Shown one piece after another: positions 11,052 to 22,637 of a stretch of 64,000 bases of DNA. The notes below the pieces were generated by a model that ran no database searches, was not told the origin of the DNA, and worked only from the letters and a program-made list of their open reading frames with translations. The stretch lies in the NCBI RefSeq assembly GCF_057098645.1, contig NZ_CM169472.1, one strand, 5' to 3'. The position numbers were made by a program, and so were the translations under genes. How positions within the stretch are numbered: the stretch's first letter is position 1; the number at the start of each line of letters is the position of its first letter.

Positions 11052-12197
11052 TTAGCGACCGCCCATAATGGCAATGTAATCCTGCGTCCAGCGACTGTAG
11101 GGAACAAACTTGCCCCCTTCTGCTATAGGCGTTTTCCAGAAGGCTATTTTATCGAAATAGTTAAAACCGTTGGTTTCACAACCTTTTTCGCCTAATAACG
11201 GACTGGCTTTACACCCTTGCGGCACTACCGGTAACGAGCCAAACCAGGCCGCCACATCGCCCTGCACTTTTGGCGTTAATGACCAGTTCATCCATTTGTA
11301 GGCGCAAACCGGATGTTTCGCTTCGCTATGTAGCATGGTGGTGTCAGCCCAACCGGTAACGCCCTCCTTCGGGAAAACGGTAGCGACAGGCTGGCCTTCG
11401 GCTTTCAAGGCGTTGGCCTGATAGGGCCATGCACTGGAAGCAACCACACCCTCGTTTTTGAAATCGCTCATTTGCACGGTAGTGTCATGCCAGTAGCGAT
11501 GGATCAAACTATGTTGAGCGCGCAGCACTTTCAGCACCGCCTGGTACTGTTCTTCGGTGAGTTGATACGGATCGCTGATGCCCAACTGCGGCTGAGTGGC
11601 TTTAACGAACAACGCAGCGTCCGCAATGTAGATAGGGCCATCATAAGCCTGAACGCGGCCTTTATTGCTCTTGCCGTCCGGCAGATTTTGCTCAACAAAA
11701 ACCACTTGCCAGCTATCCGGCGGCGTCGGGAAGGTTTTAGTGTTGTACATCAGCAGGTTCGGACCCCATTGATATGGCGTGCCATAGACTTTGCCGCCCA
11801 CGTTAAACCAGTCGCCTTTAACCACGCGCGGATCGAGCGTTTTCCAGTTGGGAATCAATGCGGTATTAATCGGCTGCACGCGTTTACCCATAATCAAACG
11901 CAGCGAGGCATCGCCGGATGCCGTAACCAGATCGTAACCCCCTTTGGTCATCAGACTGACCATTTCATCGGAAGTCGCGGCGGTTTTAACATTCACCGCG
12001 CAGCCTGTCTCTTTTTCGAATTGCGTTACCCAGTCGTATTGTTTATCAGTTTGTCCGCGTTCGATATATCCCGGCCAGGCGATAATATCCAGTCTCCCTT
12101 CCGGTTTATCTAAATTGGTAGGTGGTTCGGCGGCGTGAGCGGTCATTATTGTCATGCTGAGCGCACACAGGCTGCTGCGGGCAAATGTCTTGCACAT
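11052..12197 (-). CDS. ydcS: Periplasmic polyamine-type substrate-binding protein YdcS
   Basis: 381-aa ORF with signal peptide and PotD/PotF-like binding-protein fold. Confidence 0.85.
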   Translation of the reverse strand: MCKTFARSSLCALSMTIMTAHAAEPPTNLDKPEGRLDIIAWPGYIERGQTDKQYDWVTQFEKETGCAVNVKTAATSDEMVSLMTKGGYDLVTASGDASLRLIMGKRVQPINTALIPNWKTLDPRVVKGDWFNVGGKVYGTPYQWGPNLLMYNTKTFPTPPDSWQVVFVEQNLPDGKSNKGRVQAYDGPIYIADAALFVKATQPQLGISDPYQLTEEQYQAVLKVLRAQHSLIHRYWHDTTVQMSDFKNEGVVASSAWPYQANALKAEGQPVATVFPKEGVTGWADTTMLHSEAKHPVCAYKWMNWSLTPKVQGDVAAWFGSLPVVPQGCKASPLLGEKGCETNGFNYFDKIAFWKTPIAEGGKFVPYSRWTQDYIAIMGGR

Positions 12198-12442
12198 AAG
12201 GTTCTTACTCCTGTCGTAATTAATTGTTCAGCCGCCGTGCCGTAAAAATATCTCCTTGTTTAACCATAGACGGCGGCTTGCAGGCACACCTTCGCCCCTG
12301 AGAAAATTTAATCAGGTTGTGAGCTACCGCGCATTATGCCGTCTGTAAGGTTATCTTCTGGAGTATAGACAAGGAGTTAGGAAATATGACTGCTATTCGA
12401 AATTCATATTACCCAACCTAAGAGGAATTAAATTAAACGCTA

Positions 12443-13849
12443 TTACAGCCGTTCTTGAATAAGTTTGCCTAATTGTTTTACCGCCTGTTCTTCACGTTCT
12501 CCCCACTGCCACGCGGTATTAAAACGAAAAAAACGTGACCAGTTTTCACCGGTAGAAAACATTTTACCCGGCGCAATACTGATATGATGCGTCAGTGCCG
12601 CCAGGCTCAATTCGCCGGCATCTAACGGCTCGGGGAGCTCCAGCCAGAGAAAATAACCGCTGTCATTATGATGAATTTTCACTTCCGCAGGCAGATAACG
12701 CAGCAGTGCCTGCCAGGCACGTTGTTTACGTTCCGCAAGCTGGCGACGCAGGCGACGAAGATGGGCGTCGTATCGGCGCGTGGAAAGGTAATCCACCAGC
12801 GCAAGCTGCATCGGTGAGCTGGTGGAAAGCGTACTCATCAACTGCAATCGTTGAATTTTACGTGCATGTTTTCCGGCGGCGACCCAACCAATACGAAAAC
12901 CAGGCACCAGACATTTCGAAAACGAAGAGCAATGCAAAACGCCATCGTGGCGATCCCACGCTTTCGCAGGCAGCGGTTTTTCCCGTCCAAAATAAAGTTC
13001 GCTGTAAACGTCATCTTCAATCAGCGTTACGTTGTACTGATTGAGCAACGCCACCAGTTGTGCTTTTTTTTGCGGCGTTAAGGTAAATCCGAGTGGATTC
13101 TGGCTATTAGTCATCAGCCAGCACGCTTTCACCGGATACTCCTGCAACGCCAGTTCCAGCGCCTGAAGATCTATCCCTTCTTTAACATCCGTCGCTACCG
13201 ATAACGCTTTCAGCCGTAGCCGTTCCAGCGCCTGCAACGCGCCATAGAAACAAGGATTCTCTACTATCACCCAATCGCCCGGTTCAGTTACCGCTTGCAA
13301 ACTGAGGTTTAATGCTTCTAACGCCCCGGCAGTGATGACAATTTCATCAGGAGAAATGGTGATGCCCTGTAAGGCATAGCGACGGGCAATAGCCTGACGC
13401 AGTTCTGCGTTTCCTGGCGGCAAGTTTTCAATCACGCTCATCGCCGTGGCGGTTTTGCTTACCTGCGCCAGCGAGCGGTTTAGTTGTTGGAGGGGGAAAA
13501 GTCGCGGGTCGGGAAAGGCCGAGGCAAACGGAACGACCGACGGATCGCGACTGGCCTGCAACATATCAAAAATATAAGTGTTGATATCGACTGCTTCATC
13601 TCGAGTGACTGGAATGACTGGCGCTTTCGGCATTTTTATTGCCTGTGGCGCAACGTAATAACCCGACTGCGGTCGTGCGATAATATATCCCTGACTTTCG
13701 AGCAACTGATAGGCATGGCTGACAGTCATAAAGCTCATGCCAGAAAGCGCCACCTGGTCACGCAACGAAGGCAAACGATCGCCGGGTTGCCAGATACCCG
13801 TCACAATCTGCTCGCGTAATTGTTCTGCAAGCTGCTGGTATTTTTTCAT
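12443..13849 (-). CDS. ydcR: MocR-family regulator (GntR HTH fused to aminotransferase-like domain)
   Basis: 468-aa ORF with N-terminal HTH and PLP-fold C-terminal domain. Confidence 0.85.
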   Translation of the reverse strand: MKKYQQLAEQLREQIVTGIWQPGDRLPSLRDQVALSGMSFMTVSHAYQLLESQGYIIARPQSGYYVAPQAIKMPKAPVIPVTRDEAVDINTYIFDMLQASRDPSVVPFASAFPDPRLFPLQQLNRSLAQVSKTATAMSVIENLPPGNAELRQAIARRYALQGITISPDEIVITAGALEALNLSLQAVTEPGDWVIVENPCFYGALQALERLRLKALSVATDVKEGIDLQALELALQEYPVKACWLMTNSQNPLGFTLTPQKKAQLVALLNQYNVTLIEDDVYSELYFGREKPLPAKAWDRHDGVLHCSSFSKCLVPGFRIGWVAAGKHARKIQRLQLMSTLSTSSPMQLALVDYLSTRRYDAHLRRLRRQLAERKQRAWQALLRYLPAEVKIHHNDSGYFLWLELPEPLDAGELSLAALTHHISIAPGKMFSTGENWSRFFRFNTAWQWGEREEQAVKQLGKLIQERL

Positions 13850-13927
13850 TATCGAATCGTAATTATGTGCAGATGATTCGGCAATCTATATCAGTTGTTA
13901 AAAATGACAACTTTTCATTAACTGTTA

Positions 13928-14365
<438 letters not shown>

Positions 14366-14389
14366 GTCATTAACCTTTTTAATTGGCGA

Positions 14390-14566
14390 TTAACTCAAAC
14401 CGAGTTGTTTCAGGATTGCTTTACGCAATGGTTCTTTAATCTCATCGCAGGGGTGACGCGGCATGACACTGCGCCTCCCATGAAACCTGAGTTTCAAATG
14501 GTTGCTGCCATTCGCTACATCGACGCCCTGAGATTCGAGCCAACGTCTGAACTCGCTTTGTTTCAC
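14390..14566 (-). CDS. hicA: HicA mRNA-interferase toxin (type II TA)
   Basis: Not in ORF track (58 aa). GTG start; translation begins (V/M)KQSEFRRWLESQG… and ends …LKQLGLS*. Confidence 0.8.
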   Translation of the reverse strand: MKQSEFRRWLESQGVDVANGSNHLKLRFHGRRSVMPRHPCDEIKEPLRKAILKQLGLS

Positions 14567-14787
14567 ATCGCCTCCCTGCCGCTGAGTATATCAACAAAGT
14601 AAACATTAGTGTTTACCTCCGTGTGTAATTTGCTCGAAAATAGCACTAAATCGCCGCAACGGCAGAATGCAATGCAAAATCAGGAAGGAAGATTCCAGAA
14701 TTTCTTTGCGCTAATTTGCAAAACTGAATAATAACCTCAAGAAACGATCGGCATCATAGCGGCAAAAGGTAAGAAAAAGGTGGCAGG

Positions 14788-15018
14788 ATGTTTACGAAGG
14801 CGTTATCGGTTGTCTTATTAACGTGTGCGCTGTTCTCAGGACAACTCATGGCAGGGCACAAAGGACATGAATTTGTGTGGGTAAAGAATGTGGATCATCA
14901 GCTGCGTCATGAAGCGGACAGCGATGAATTGCGTGCTGTGGCGGAAGAGTCGGCGGAAGGTTTGCGCGAGCATTTTTACTGGCAAAAATCGCGCAAACCA
15001 GAAGCGGGACAACGTTGA
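14788..15018 (+). CDS. yncJ: Small secreted protein YncJ (DUF2554)
   Basis: 76-aa ORF with signal peptide, RBS AAGGTGG upstream. Confidence 0.75.
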   Translation: MFTKALSVVLLTCALFSGQLMAGHKGHEFVWVKNVDHQLRHEADSDELRAVAEESAEGLREHFYWQKSRKPEAGQR

Positions 15019-15025
15019 GTCGTTT

Positions 15026-15060
15026 GATGCCGGATGCGGCGTAACGCCTTACCCGGCAGG
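15026..15060. repeat. REP (repetitive extragenic palindromic) element
   Basis: TGCCGGATGCGGCGTAACGCCTTACCCGGCAGG matches the E. coli REP consensus GCCGGATGCGGCG…GCCTTATCCGGC; lies between convergent yncJ and rlhA. Confidence 0.65.
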
Positions 15061-15109
15061 CAATATCATGCAGATTCAATAAGTTGTGAGTAACCAGAAA
15101 ACTGGCGTT

Positions 15110-17071
15110 TTACCCTTTTCGCTTCGGCAATGTTTTCAGCAGCTCATCCGGACTTACGGATGCCACTACGCTTCCCGGTAACGGCATTTTCAGTATGTGA
15201 TTTTTGATTTTGCCAATGACGTGCATCTCGCATGGGCGGCAATCAAACTTTAGCGTTAATACTTCATCGCCGTTAACCAGTTGCATTGGCGTAGCCTTCC
15301 AGCTTTTGATATTGCCTTTCGCCTGTTTCGGGCACAGATTAAAGGCAAAGCGCAGACAATGCTTGGTGATCATCACCGGGACTTCGCCCTTCTCTTCATG
15401 TGCCTCATACGCCGCGTCAATCAGCTGCACACCATAGCGATGATAAAATTCACGCGCTTTCTGGTTGTAAACGTTCGCGAGGAAACTCAGATGTGTTTGC
15501 GGATAAACCGGCGCAGGATCAGCAACCGGTTTACGGCTGCCGCGCTGGTAACTGGCAAGACGCGCAGCATCCAGCATGTCGGCAGCTTCACGGCGGAACT
15601 GGTTTAACAGACTGTTTGGTACAAACAGCGCCCCCGGCAAATTAATTTGCACATCGCGGGCGTAATAGATGGTTTGCCCCAGTTTTGCCAGACCATCCTT
15701 CAGATTGTTCATTGCTTTTTCGGCGTTATTGGCTTCGTCGAACTGCCCATCCAGCGTATGCGTTATGCTGACCCCCTCTTCACTGGTGAGAGTCAGAATC
15801 AATTGCTCCTGCCAACCGCCCAGTTCAATGTCTACCGCCACCCGACGTTCGCTGGAGGTTTTTGTCAGTGCCTGCTGCCAGTTATGATCAAGATTACGGT
15901 TTAGTGGGTGATGCGGGCGAATTTTGTGCAAATCTGCTGGCATTTCATTGGGCCAGACGCGGTACTGATTTTCTCCGGTTTTCTCGACCGTATTGGCACG
16001 AAAACCGACGACTTCACGTTTAATCATCACGTTCAGGCCATCACCATTTGCCAGTGGCTCGGTGACGGCAACATCGAGATGATCTTTCGCCACTTTCACT
16101 ACTTCGCCTACCGGCAGGCCGATAAATTTCGGCGAATCGAACGCGCCAATATCGCCTTTACGGGCATTCACAAAATAATCTGTGCTACCACGGTGGAAAG
16201 TCTTTTCCGTCGATGGAACAAAGAAATGTTCAGTACGACCTGATGAAGCGCGCGCCAGATCGCCACGTTCTTCAATAATGGCATCAAGCATCTGGCGATA
16301 ATGGGCGGTGATATTCTTCACGTAGCTCATATCTTTGTAACGCCCCTCAATCTTGAAGGAGCGTACACCAGCATCAATCAGCGCGCCGAGGTTGGCAGTC
16401 TGATCGTTATCTTTCATCGACAGCAGATGTTTTTCATAGGAAACCACCCGCCCCTGATCGTCTTTCAATGTGTATGGCAAACGGCACGCCTGCGAGCAAT
16501 CGCCACGGTTGGCACTACGCCCTGTTTGCGCATGAGAAATGTAGCACTGACCCGAATAGGCCACGCACAGTGCCCCATGAATAAAGAATTCAATGGTCGC
16601 GTCCGTAGCCTGGTGAATCGCGCGGATCTGATCAAGATTCAGCTCTCGCGCCAGCACAATCTGCGTGAAGCCAACATCAGAGAGGAACTTCGCTTTTTCT
16701 ACTGTACGAATGTCGCACTGCGTACTGGCGTGCAGTTCAATCGGCGGAATATCAAGTTCCAGAATCCCCATATCCTGAACAATCAGCGCATCGACACCGG
16801 TCTGGTAGAGGTCAGTAATCAGCCGTTGCGCGGGTTCCAGCTCATCATCATGCAAAATGGTGTTAAGCGTGACGAAAATTTTTGCACCATAACGATGGGC
16901 AAACGGCACCAGCTCGGCAATATCTTTCAGGCTATTACTGGCATTATGACGGGCACCAAAACCTGGGCCGCCGATATAAACAGCATCGGCACCGTGCAAA
17001 ATAGCTTCGCGGGCAATGGCGGCATCGCGTGCCGGGCTTAACAGTTCAAGTCGATGAGAAGATACGGTCAC
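15110..17071 (-). CDS. rlhA: U32-peptidase-family protein RlhA (YdcP), 23S rRNA C2501 hydroxylation factor
   Basis: 653-aa ORF, peptidase U32 family signature region, expected length. Confidence 0.85.
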   Translation of the reverse strand: MTVSSHRLELLSPARDAAIAREAILHGADAVYIGGPGFGARHNASNSLKDIAELVPFAHRYGAKIFVTLNTILHDDELEPAQRLITDLYQTGVDALIVQDMGILELDIPPIELHASTQCDIRTVEKAKFLSDVGFTQIVLARELNLDQIRAIHQATDATIEFFIHGALCVAYSGQCYISHAQTGRSANRGDCSQACRLPYTLKDDQGRVVSYEKHLLSMKDNDQTANLGALIDAGVRSFKIEGRYKDMSYVKNITAHYRQMLDAIIEERGDLARASSGRTEHFFVPSTEKTFHRGSTDYFVNARKGDIGAFDSPKFIGLPVGEVVKVAKDHLDVAVTEPLANGDGLNVMIKREVVGFRANTVEKTGENQYRVWPNEMPADLHKIRPHHPLNRNLDHNWQQALTKTSSERRVAVDIELGGWQEQLILTLTSEEGVSITHTLDGQFDEANNAEKAMNNLKDGLAKLGQTIYYARDVQINLPGALFVPNSLLNQFRREAADMLDAARLASYQRGSRKPVADPAPVYPQTHLSFLANVYNQKAREFYHRYGVQLIDAAYEAHEEKGEVPVMITKHCLRFAFNLCPKQAKGNIKSWKATPMQLVNGDEVLTLKFDCRPCEMHVIGKIKNHILKMPLPGSVVASVSPDELLKTLPKRKG

Positions 17072-17143
17072 ATTCTTATCCAGTAGCTAAAAAATGGCGG
17101 CTATTTTAGCCACAAGCGCGACGTTGCGAAATAGTTTTCCCGC

Positions 17144-17680
17144 TTAACTGCGCGGGTAATGGATGAGGGAATGAAAATGTACGATTTGCTCCCCACCATT
17201 ACGATAGATATGCGTGACGTCTGCAGCAAATCGAGCGCCTTCCCCACAATTAAGGCTCTGCCATTCTCCATCAACGCACAGATCAAGTTGTCCATCAATG
17301 ACGACGACATGTTCGATTACCCCCTTCTCATGGGGCGTCGATTCGCTTATTGCACCGGGTGCCATCTGAATCGAGAAGTGTTCAAAGCAGAGTTGTGGAT
17401 CATAAGGAAACAGCGAAGTGATCACCATTGCCTGCTGTTGTGGATCATAAACTGAAGGCGTAGCGGACTGTGGCGGAGAAATAAATGTCGAAAATGGCAC
17501 GTTCAACCCAGTGGCAATTTTCCATAATGTCGCGACCGTCGGGCTGGACTCATTACGCTCAATCTGTCCTAACATTGCTTTAGAAACGCCCGTCGCTTCT
17601 GCCAGTCGCGAAAGACTCCAGCCGCGCTGCTGACGTAGTTGTTTAAGTGTGGTGGATAAAAAGCGAGCAAGATTTTCCAT
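17144..17680 (-). CDS. sutR: HTH-XRE / cupin-domain transcriptional regulator SutR (YdcN)
   Basis: 178 aa; N-terminal XRE HTH (LKQLRQQRGWSLSRLAEATGVSKAMLGQIE) plus C-terminal cupin. Confidence 0.85.
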   Translation of the reverse strand: MENLARFLSTTLKQLRQQRGWSLSRLAEATGVSKAMLGQIERNESSPTVATLWKIATGLNVPFSTFISPPQSATPSVYDPQQQAMVITSLFPYDPQLCFEHFSIQMAPGAISESTPHEKGVIEHVVVIDGQLDLCVDGEWQSLNCGEGARFAADVTHIYRNGGEQIVHFHSLIHYPRS

Positions 17681-17771
17681 GCGACTCCTCCGGCAAAACG
17701 GAAGTTTATCACTTGTGCGTTATAACGGACAAATGCTACGGTGCCTGTACGCTATAACGCACGAGGTGACT

Positions 17772-18944
17772 ATGCGTCTGTTTTCTGTTCCTCCACCCAC
17801 GCTACTGGCGGGGTTTCTGGCGGTATTAATTGGCTACGCCAGTTCAGCGGCAATAATCTGGCAAGCAGCGATTGTCGCCGGAGCCACCACTGCACAAATC
17901 TCTGGCTGGATGACGGCGCTGGGGCTGGCAATGGGCGTCAGTACGCTGACTCTGACATTATGGTATCGCGTACCTGTTCTCACCGCATGGTCAACGCCTG
18001 GCGCAGCTTTGTTGGTCACCGGATTGCAGGGACTAACACTTAACGAAGCCATCGGCGTTTTTATTGTCACTAACGCGTTAATAGTCCTCTGCGGCATAAC
18101 GGGACTCTTTGCTCGTCTGATGCGCATTATTCCGCACTCGCTTGCGGCGGCAATGCTTGCCGGGATTTTATTACGCTTTGGTTTACAGGCGTTTGCCAGT
18201 CTGGACGGTCAATTTACGTTGTGTGGAAGTATGTTGCTGGTATGGCTGGCAACCAAGGCCGTTGCGCCGCGCTATGCGGTAATTGCCGCGATGATTATTG
18301 GGCTCGTGATCGTTATCGCGCAAGGTGACGTTGTCACAACTGATGTTGTCTTTAAACCCGTTCTCCCCTCTTATATTACCCCTGATTTTTCGTTTGCTCA
18401 CAGCCTGAGCGTTGCACTCCCCCTTTTTCTGGTGACGATGGCATCGCAAAACGCACCGGGTATCGCAGCAATGAAAGCAGCCGGATATTCAGCTCCTGTT
18501 TCGCCATTAATTGTATTTACTGGATTGCTGGCACTGGTTTTTTCCCCTTTCGGCGTTTATTCCGTCGGTATTGCGGCAATCACCGCGGCTATTTGCCAAA
18601 GCCCGGAAGCGCATCCGGATAAAGATCAACGTTGGCTGGCAGCTGCCGTTGCAGGCATTTTCTATTTGCTCGCAGGTCTGTTTGGTAGTGCCATTACCGG
18701 GATGATGGCTGCCCTGCCCGTAAGTTGGATCCAGATGCTGGCAGGTCTGGCGCTGTTAAGTACCATTGGCGGCAGTTTGTATCAGGCGCTGCATAATGAG
18801 CGTGAGCGCGACGCGGCGGTGGTGGCATTTCTGGTAACGGCAAGTGGATTGACGCTGGTCGGGATTGGTTCTGCGTTTTGGGGATTAATTGCCGGAGGTG
18901 TTTGTTACGTGGTGTTGAATTTAATCGCTGACAGAAACCGATAA
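17772..18944 (+). CDS. ydcO: BenE-family (benzoate-like) membrane transporter YdcO
   Basis: Polytopic membrane ORF; ATG at 17772 (MRLFSVPPP) chosen over the longer track ORF that would overlap sutR. Confidence 0.8.
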   Translation: MRLFSVPPPTLLAGFLAVLIGYASSAAIIWQAAIVAGATTAQISGWMTALGLAMGVSTLTLTLWYRVPVLTAWSTPGAALLVTGLQGLTLNEAIGVFIVTNALIVLCGITGLFARLMRIIPHSLAAAMLAGILLRFGLQAFASLDGQFTLCGSMLLVWLATKAVAPRYAVIAAMIIGLVIVIAQGDVVTTDVVFKPVLPSYITPDFSFAHSLSVALPLFLVTMASQNAPGIAAMKAAGYSAPVSPLIVFTGLLALVFSPFGVYSVGIAAITAAICQSPEAHPDKDQRWLAAAVAGIFYLLAGLFGSAITGMMAALPVSWIQMLAGLALLSTIGGSLYQALHNERERDAAVVAFLVTASGLTLVGIGSAFWGLIAGGVCYVVLNLIADRNR

Positions 18945-18950
18945 TAAAAA

Positions 18951-18970
18951 GCGCCATCTAACGATGGCGC
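18951..18970. terminator. Bidirectional terminator shared by ydcO and ydcL
   Basis: GCGCCATC-TAAC-GATGGCGC hairpin with A-tract upstream and T-rich sequence downstream. Confidence 0.6.
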
Positions 18971-18978
18971 GTCTGGAA

Positions 18979-19647
18979 CTACTTTTTGTTAACGTCAAAC
19001 ATGGTGGCATCGGTCGCCATGTCATCAATAACTTGTTTAATATTTTCGAAAGCCATTGGCGTACTTTCGTTATTCAGGTCTTTACCTTCGCCCTGACGAA
19101 CGACTTTGATAACCGGTTTATTAGTCGCTGCATCAATCAGCTCACCTTCAAAATACAAGCGAGTATCCATGGTTCGGTGGCCTGTAGCCATTTGCGTCCC
19201 CGCAACCACTAATGCAACAGGAACCACTTCATAGAATTGCAGCCCTTCTTTGCTGGTATCTACACCGGTAATGGCCCCACGGAAAATCAGACTACGCGGC
19301 CCCGCGGTGGTAACCAGTGGTTTACGCTGCGCTATCGCTTCTTTCATTTCGGTGTTGGTATAGTTCAAAATTTTATCCAGAACTTTCTGCCCTACCTGGG
19401 TCGAAGGTTTTGGCACCGGATAATAAGTGATTGGGTTCCAGACGATGCTGTCATATTTGCTTTGATCAAAACTCGGGTCTACCCAACGTAAAACCGGTTT
19501 ACCTGTAGCCGAGGTTGTTTCTTTTAAATCAGAGTAATTGTTTAAAAAACCAGAATATTTATCTGGCTGGGTGATTTTAGAGGCACAACCAGACAGAGCC
19601 AACAAGCCGCATAAAGCTGCAACTTTCGCAAATGATGTGGTACGCAT
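18979..19647 (-). CDS. ydcL: Lipoprotein YdcL (DUF3313)
   Basis: 222 aa with lipobox LALSGC after signal peptide. Confidence 0.85.
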   Translation of the reverse strand: MRTTSFAKVAALCGLLALSGCASKITQPDKYSGFLNNYSDLKETTSATGKPVLRWVDPSFDQSKYDSIVWNPITYYPVPKPSTQVGQKVLDKILNYTNTEMKEAIAQRKPLVTTAGPRSLIFRGAITGVDTSKEGLQFYEVVPVALVVAGTQMATGHRTMDTRLYFEGELIDAATNKPVIKVVRQGEGKDLNNESTPMAFENIKQVIDDMATDATMFDVNKK

Positions 19648-19745
19648 GAATAGTTTCCTGAGATGATTATATTACTTTTTAAGTTATAGCAAAAAGCGCC
19701 GCTTCGTGTTGTGGCAAAAAAAGTGTTGGTGAAAATAAATTTTTT

Positions 19746-19789
19746 TAGCCCCTTTTCAGACGACATAGTCAATGCCGCAAAAGGGGCTA
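19746..19789. terminator. Putative tehAB terminator hairpin
   Basis: 11-bp inverted repeat TAGCCCCTTTT … AAAAGGGGCTA downstream of the tehB stop. Confidence 0.4.
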
Positions 19790-19950
19790 AGTCAATCATC
19801 AGTAGTTAAATTTCAGTAAGTTAAGCTGCTAAAAAACTTCGACTACTGTGATTAATTTCACATCCCTTCGATAAAAAATATGCTTACCGAAAAGAAGGAC
19901 AGTAAACCATCTCAGCGTGGGGAATTTTCACCCGCTTTGTTCTTACCGGG

Positions 19951-20544
19951 TCATTTTTTACGTGCCAGCATCGTGGCGAAACGCAGTTTAATACGATTAC
20001 CGTTGGCGTCGGTGCGGTGCAGCTCGCCGACGTCTTCATTGTATTTCACCATCTCCCAGCCTTCGTAATATCGACGTAATTCTCCCTCTTTGAAGGCAAA
20101 CGGGAAGCCGACGGTACATGGATAATCAGCGGTATCCATCGCCGCCACAATCAGGTTGTAACCGCCAGGTTTAGTGCAACGTTGCATATTGGCAATCAGC
20201 CCTGGGATGGTTTTAGCCTCAAGGAACATCAGCACCACAGTCGAAAGAATAAAATCGTACTGTCCAGCAAATGTGAGGTTATTCAGATCAACGACCCGAG
20301 TGTGTAAATTATCCAGATTTTCAATAGATTTAATGCGCTCGACGTTGGCGATACTCATGGCATTTTTATCCCATGCGTCAACATCATAACCATTGGCTGC
20401 CAGGTAAAGACTGTTACGACCATTGCCACAGCCCAGATCCAGCGTTTTACCCGGTTTAACCACTTTCACCGCTTCCAGTACTTCAGAGTGTGTGCGGGTT
20501 AATTCATATTTATCAGTAAAATAGTTTTCGTCACGAATGATCAT
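19951..20544 (-). CDS. tehB: Tellurite methyltransferase TehB
   Basis: 197 aa, SAM-MTase motif [11 protein letters not shown]. Confidence 0.9.
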   Translation of the reverse strand: MIIRDENYFTDKYELTRTHSEVLEAVKVVKPGKTLDLGCGNGRNSLYLAANGYDVDAWDKNAMSIANVERIKSIENLDNLHTRVVDLNNLTFAGQYDFILSTVVLMFLEAKTIPGLIANMQRCTKPGGYNLIVAAMDTADYPCTVGFPFAFKEGELRRYYEGWEMVKYNEDVGELHRTDANGNRIKLRFATMLARKK

Positions 20545-21533
20545 TCTTTGTCCTCTGCTTTCATTAAAACGGCGCGCTCGGTTCTGACTAACAATTTTCC
20601 CTGCATCAGAAGCGCAAAAGTACGGATGAGCAGTATTGCAATAATAAAATTGGTAAAGATAAACAGCGGCACCGCCAGCGTATGGAAAAATCCATTATCG
20701 CTGCCACTCCCCAGATGCAAACCGGTGGTTGCCAGTGCAGATACGCCGAACGAGAAACTCCAGAATGAAGCATTAAATGGCTGGGAGAGATACCATGGCA
20801 TCAGACGTAGCATAAACAGCAGTTGCAGTAGTCCATAACCGAAAAGCATTTTCGCCAGCGTGTCACCCTCGCCGCCGTTGACGCTCAGCCAGGCACTACA
20901 GGCCACCAGCGCAGGAGCGAGTTGAATGCCGAGAGATGTCCGCAGTGCCGTGGGTAATTCTCCCGAACTGCGCAGACGCTGCAAGATCACCGGTTCAAGG
21001 CTTAGCCATGAGAAAACGCCTGCGCCTAAAAACACCAGACCGGCGTCGGTGTAGCCCAACGCACCACAGGCCATTGCGCTGATAAAGTTGTTGGCAACTG
21101 TCGGCAGATACAGTCCAGGCGTGGTAGCTTCTTCAGGGTGAGATCCGCGCCATAATCCCGCCGTTTGCCAGGCGGCATAAGCCAACTGAACCACGACACC
21201 AAAACTGAACAGGCACACCGCCAGTGGGCGAAACCACGGAACAAAACCAATCGCCACCAGCATCGTCGTTGCCGGAAACAAACTCACAAAACTGCTCAGC
21301 ACTGGATGGCGAACTTCCGCCAGCACGCTATGCGGAAAGCGTATGAGTCGGGTAATAAATGCGCTAGTCAATAATCCCCAGATGATCATCGCCAGAATCA
21401 CCAGCCCATCCCCTAACCAGTGGCTGACCTGCCAAACCTGACTGGCATAGCGCCAGGCAAATCCCATCCCTATCGTCCCCAACACAATACCAAAGTAGCC
21501 TGCCGGCAAATTGAGCACTTTATCACTCTGCAT
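20541..21533 (-). CDS. tehA: Tellurite resistance / dicarboxylate-exporter-family membrane protein TehA
   Basis: 330 aa from [14 protein letters not shown]; stop overlaps tehB start. Confidence 0.85.
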   Translation of the reverse strand: MQSDKVLNLPAGYFGIVLGTIGMGFAWRYASQVWQVSHWLGDGLVILAMIIWGLLTSAFITRLIRFPHSVLAEVRHPVLSSFVSLFPATTMLVAIGFVPWFRPLAVCLFSFGVVVQLAYAAWQTAGLWRGSHPEEATTPGLYLPTVANNFISAMACGALGYTDAGLVFLGAGVFSWLSLEPVILQRLRSSGELPTALRTSLGIQLAPALVACSAWLSVNGGEGDTLAKMLFGYGLLQLLFMLRLMPWYLSQPFNASFWSFSFGVSALATTGLHLGSGSDNGFFHTLAVPLFIFTNFIIAILLIRTFALLMQGKLLVRTERAVLMKAEDKE

Positions 21534-21656
21534 CTTCTTACTCATTTTGTTTAATTTATAAAGTATATTTGAAATGCATTTTATGGAATTTTCTCGAGCA
21601 TAGCCAGAGCCGCAGAATTTGCTACGGTTATAGTAAGTCACCTGTGGGAAAACGCT

Positions 21657-22637
21657 ATGCGCAAATATCGTCTAAGTGAAGAACAGCGAGCCTTTAGTTA
21701 TCAGGAAGATGGCACTAATAAAAATGTGTTATTACGGCAGATTATCGCCATTAGCGATTTTAACGATGTGATAGCAGGAACCGCTGGCGGCTGGATCGAT
21801 CGCGAAACGGTGTTAGCACAGGAAGGAAATTGCTGGATTTACGACCAGAATGCTATTGCGTTCGGCGGAACGGTGATTTCCGGTAATACGCGCATCACCG
21901 GCATCAGCGTGCTGTGGGGAGAGGTTTACGCAACGGATAACGTCTGGATCGATAATAGTGAAATCAGCCAGGGTGCACATATAAGTGACAGTGTCACCAT
22001 TCATGACTCATTAGTTTGCGGGCAATGTAGAATATTTGGTCACGCCTTAATTGACCAACATTCTATGATCGTCGCCGCACAAGGCTTAACGCCCGACCAT
22101 CAACTCCTGCTACAAATTTATGATCGCGCAAGGGTTAGCGCCTCGCGTATTGTTCACCAGGCACAAATTTATGGCGATGCCGTCATCCGGTATGCTTTTA
22201 TTGAACATCGCGCCGAAGTTTTTGATTTTGCCAGTATTGAAGGTAATGAAGAGAACAACGTCTGGCTATGCGATTGCGCTAAAGTCTACGGTCACGCGCA
22301 GGTGAAAGCTGGCATAGAAGAAGATGCCATTCCGACGATTCATTACAGTTCGCAGGTGGCGGAATATGCCATTGTGGAAGGTGATTGTGTGTTAAAACAT
22401 CATGTCTTGATTGGCGGAAATGCCGTGGTACGTGGTGGACCGATTCTGCTCGACGAGCACGTTGTAATACAAGGTGAGAGCCGTATTACAGGTGCGGTGA
22501 TAATTGAAAACCATGTGGAGTTAACCGACCACGCCGTCGTTGAAGCCTTTGATGGCGACACGGTTCATGTCCGTGGTCCAAAAGTCATTAACGGCGAGGA
22601 GCGCATTACGCGAACGCCGCTGGCAGGGTTATTATGA
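21657..22637 (+). CDS. ydcK: Uncharacterized hexapeptide-repeat (left-handed beta-helix) protein YdcK
   Basis: 326-aa ORF with repetitive V/I-x-G-x-x hexapeptide pattern. Confidence 0.8.
   Translation: MRKYRLSEEQRAFSYQEDGTNKNVLLRQIIAISDFNDVIAGTAGGWIDRETVLAQEGNCWIYDQNAIAFGGTVISGNTRITGISVLWGEVYATDNVWIDNSEISQGAHISDSVTIHDSLVCGQCRIFGHALIDQHSMIVAAQGLTPDHQLLLQIYDRARVSASRIVHQAQIYGDAVIRYAFIEHRAEVFDFASIEGNEENNVWLCDCAKVYGHAQVKAGIEEDAIPTIHYSSQVAEYAIVEGDCVLKHHVLIGGNAVVRGGPILLDEHVVIQGESRITGAVIIENHVELTDHAVVEAFDGDTVHVRGPKVINGEERITRTPLAGLL

Noticed and set aside
11472-12113. 213-aa plus-strand ORF inside ydcS
   Set aside because: Antisense frame within the binding-protein gene; no supporting signals.
16301-17041. 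246-aa plus-strand ORF inside rlhA
   Set aside because: Antisense to a conserved full-length gene, with no independent start context or recognisable domain.
17649-18944. Long 431-aa form of ydcO overlapping the 5' end of sutR
   Set aside because: The N-terminal 41 codons overlap the divergent sutR gene and are not hydrophobic; the ATG at 17772 (MRLFSVPPP) gives the expected transporter length.
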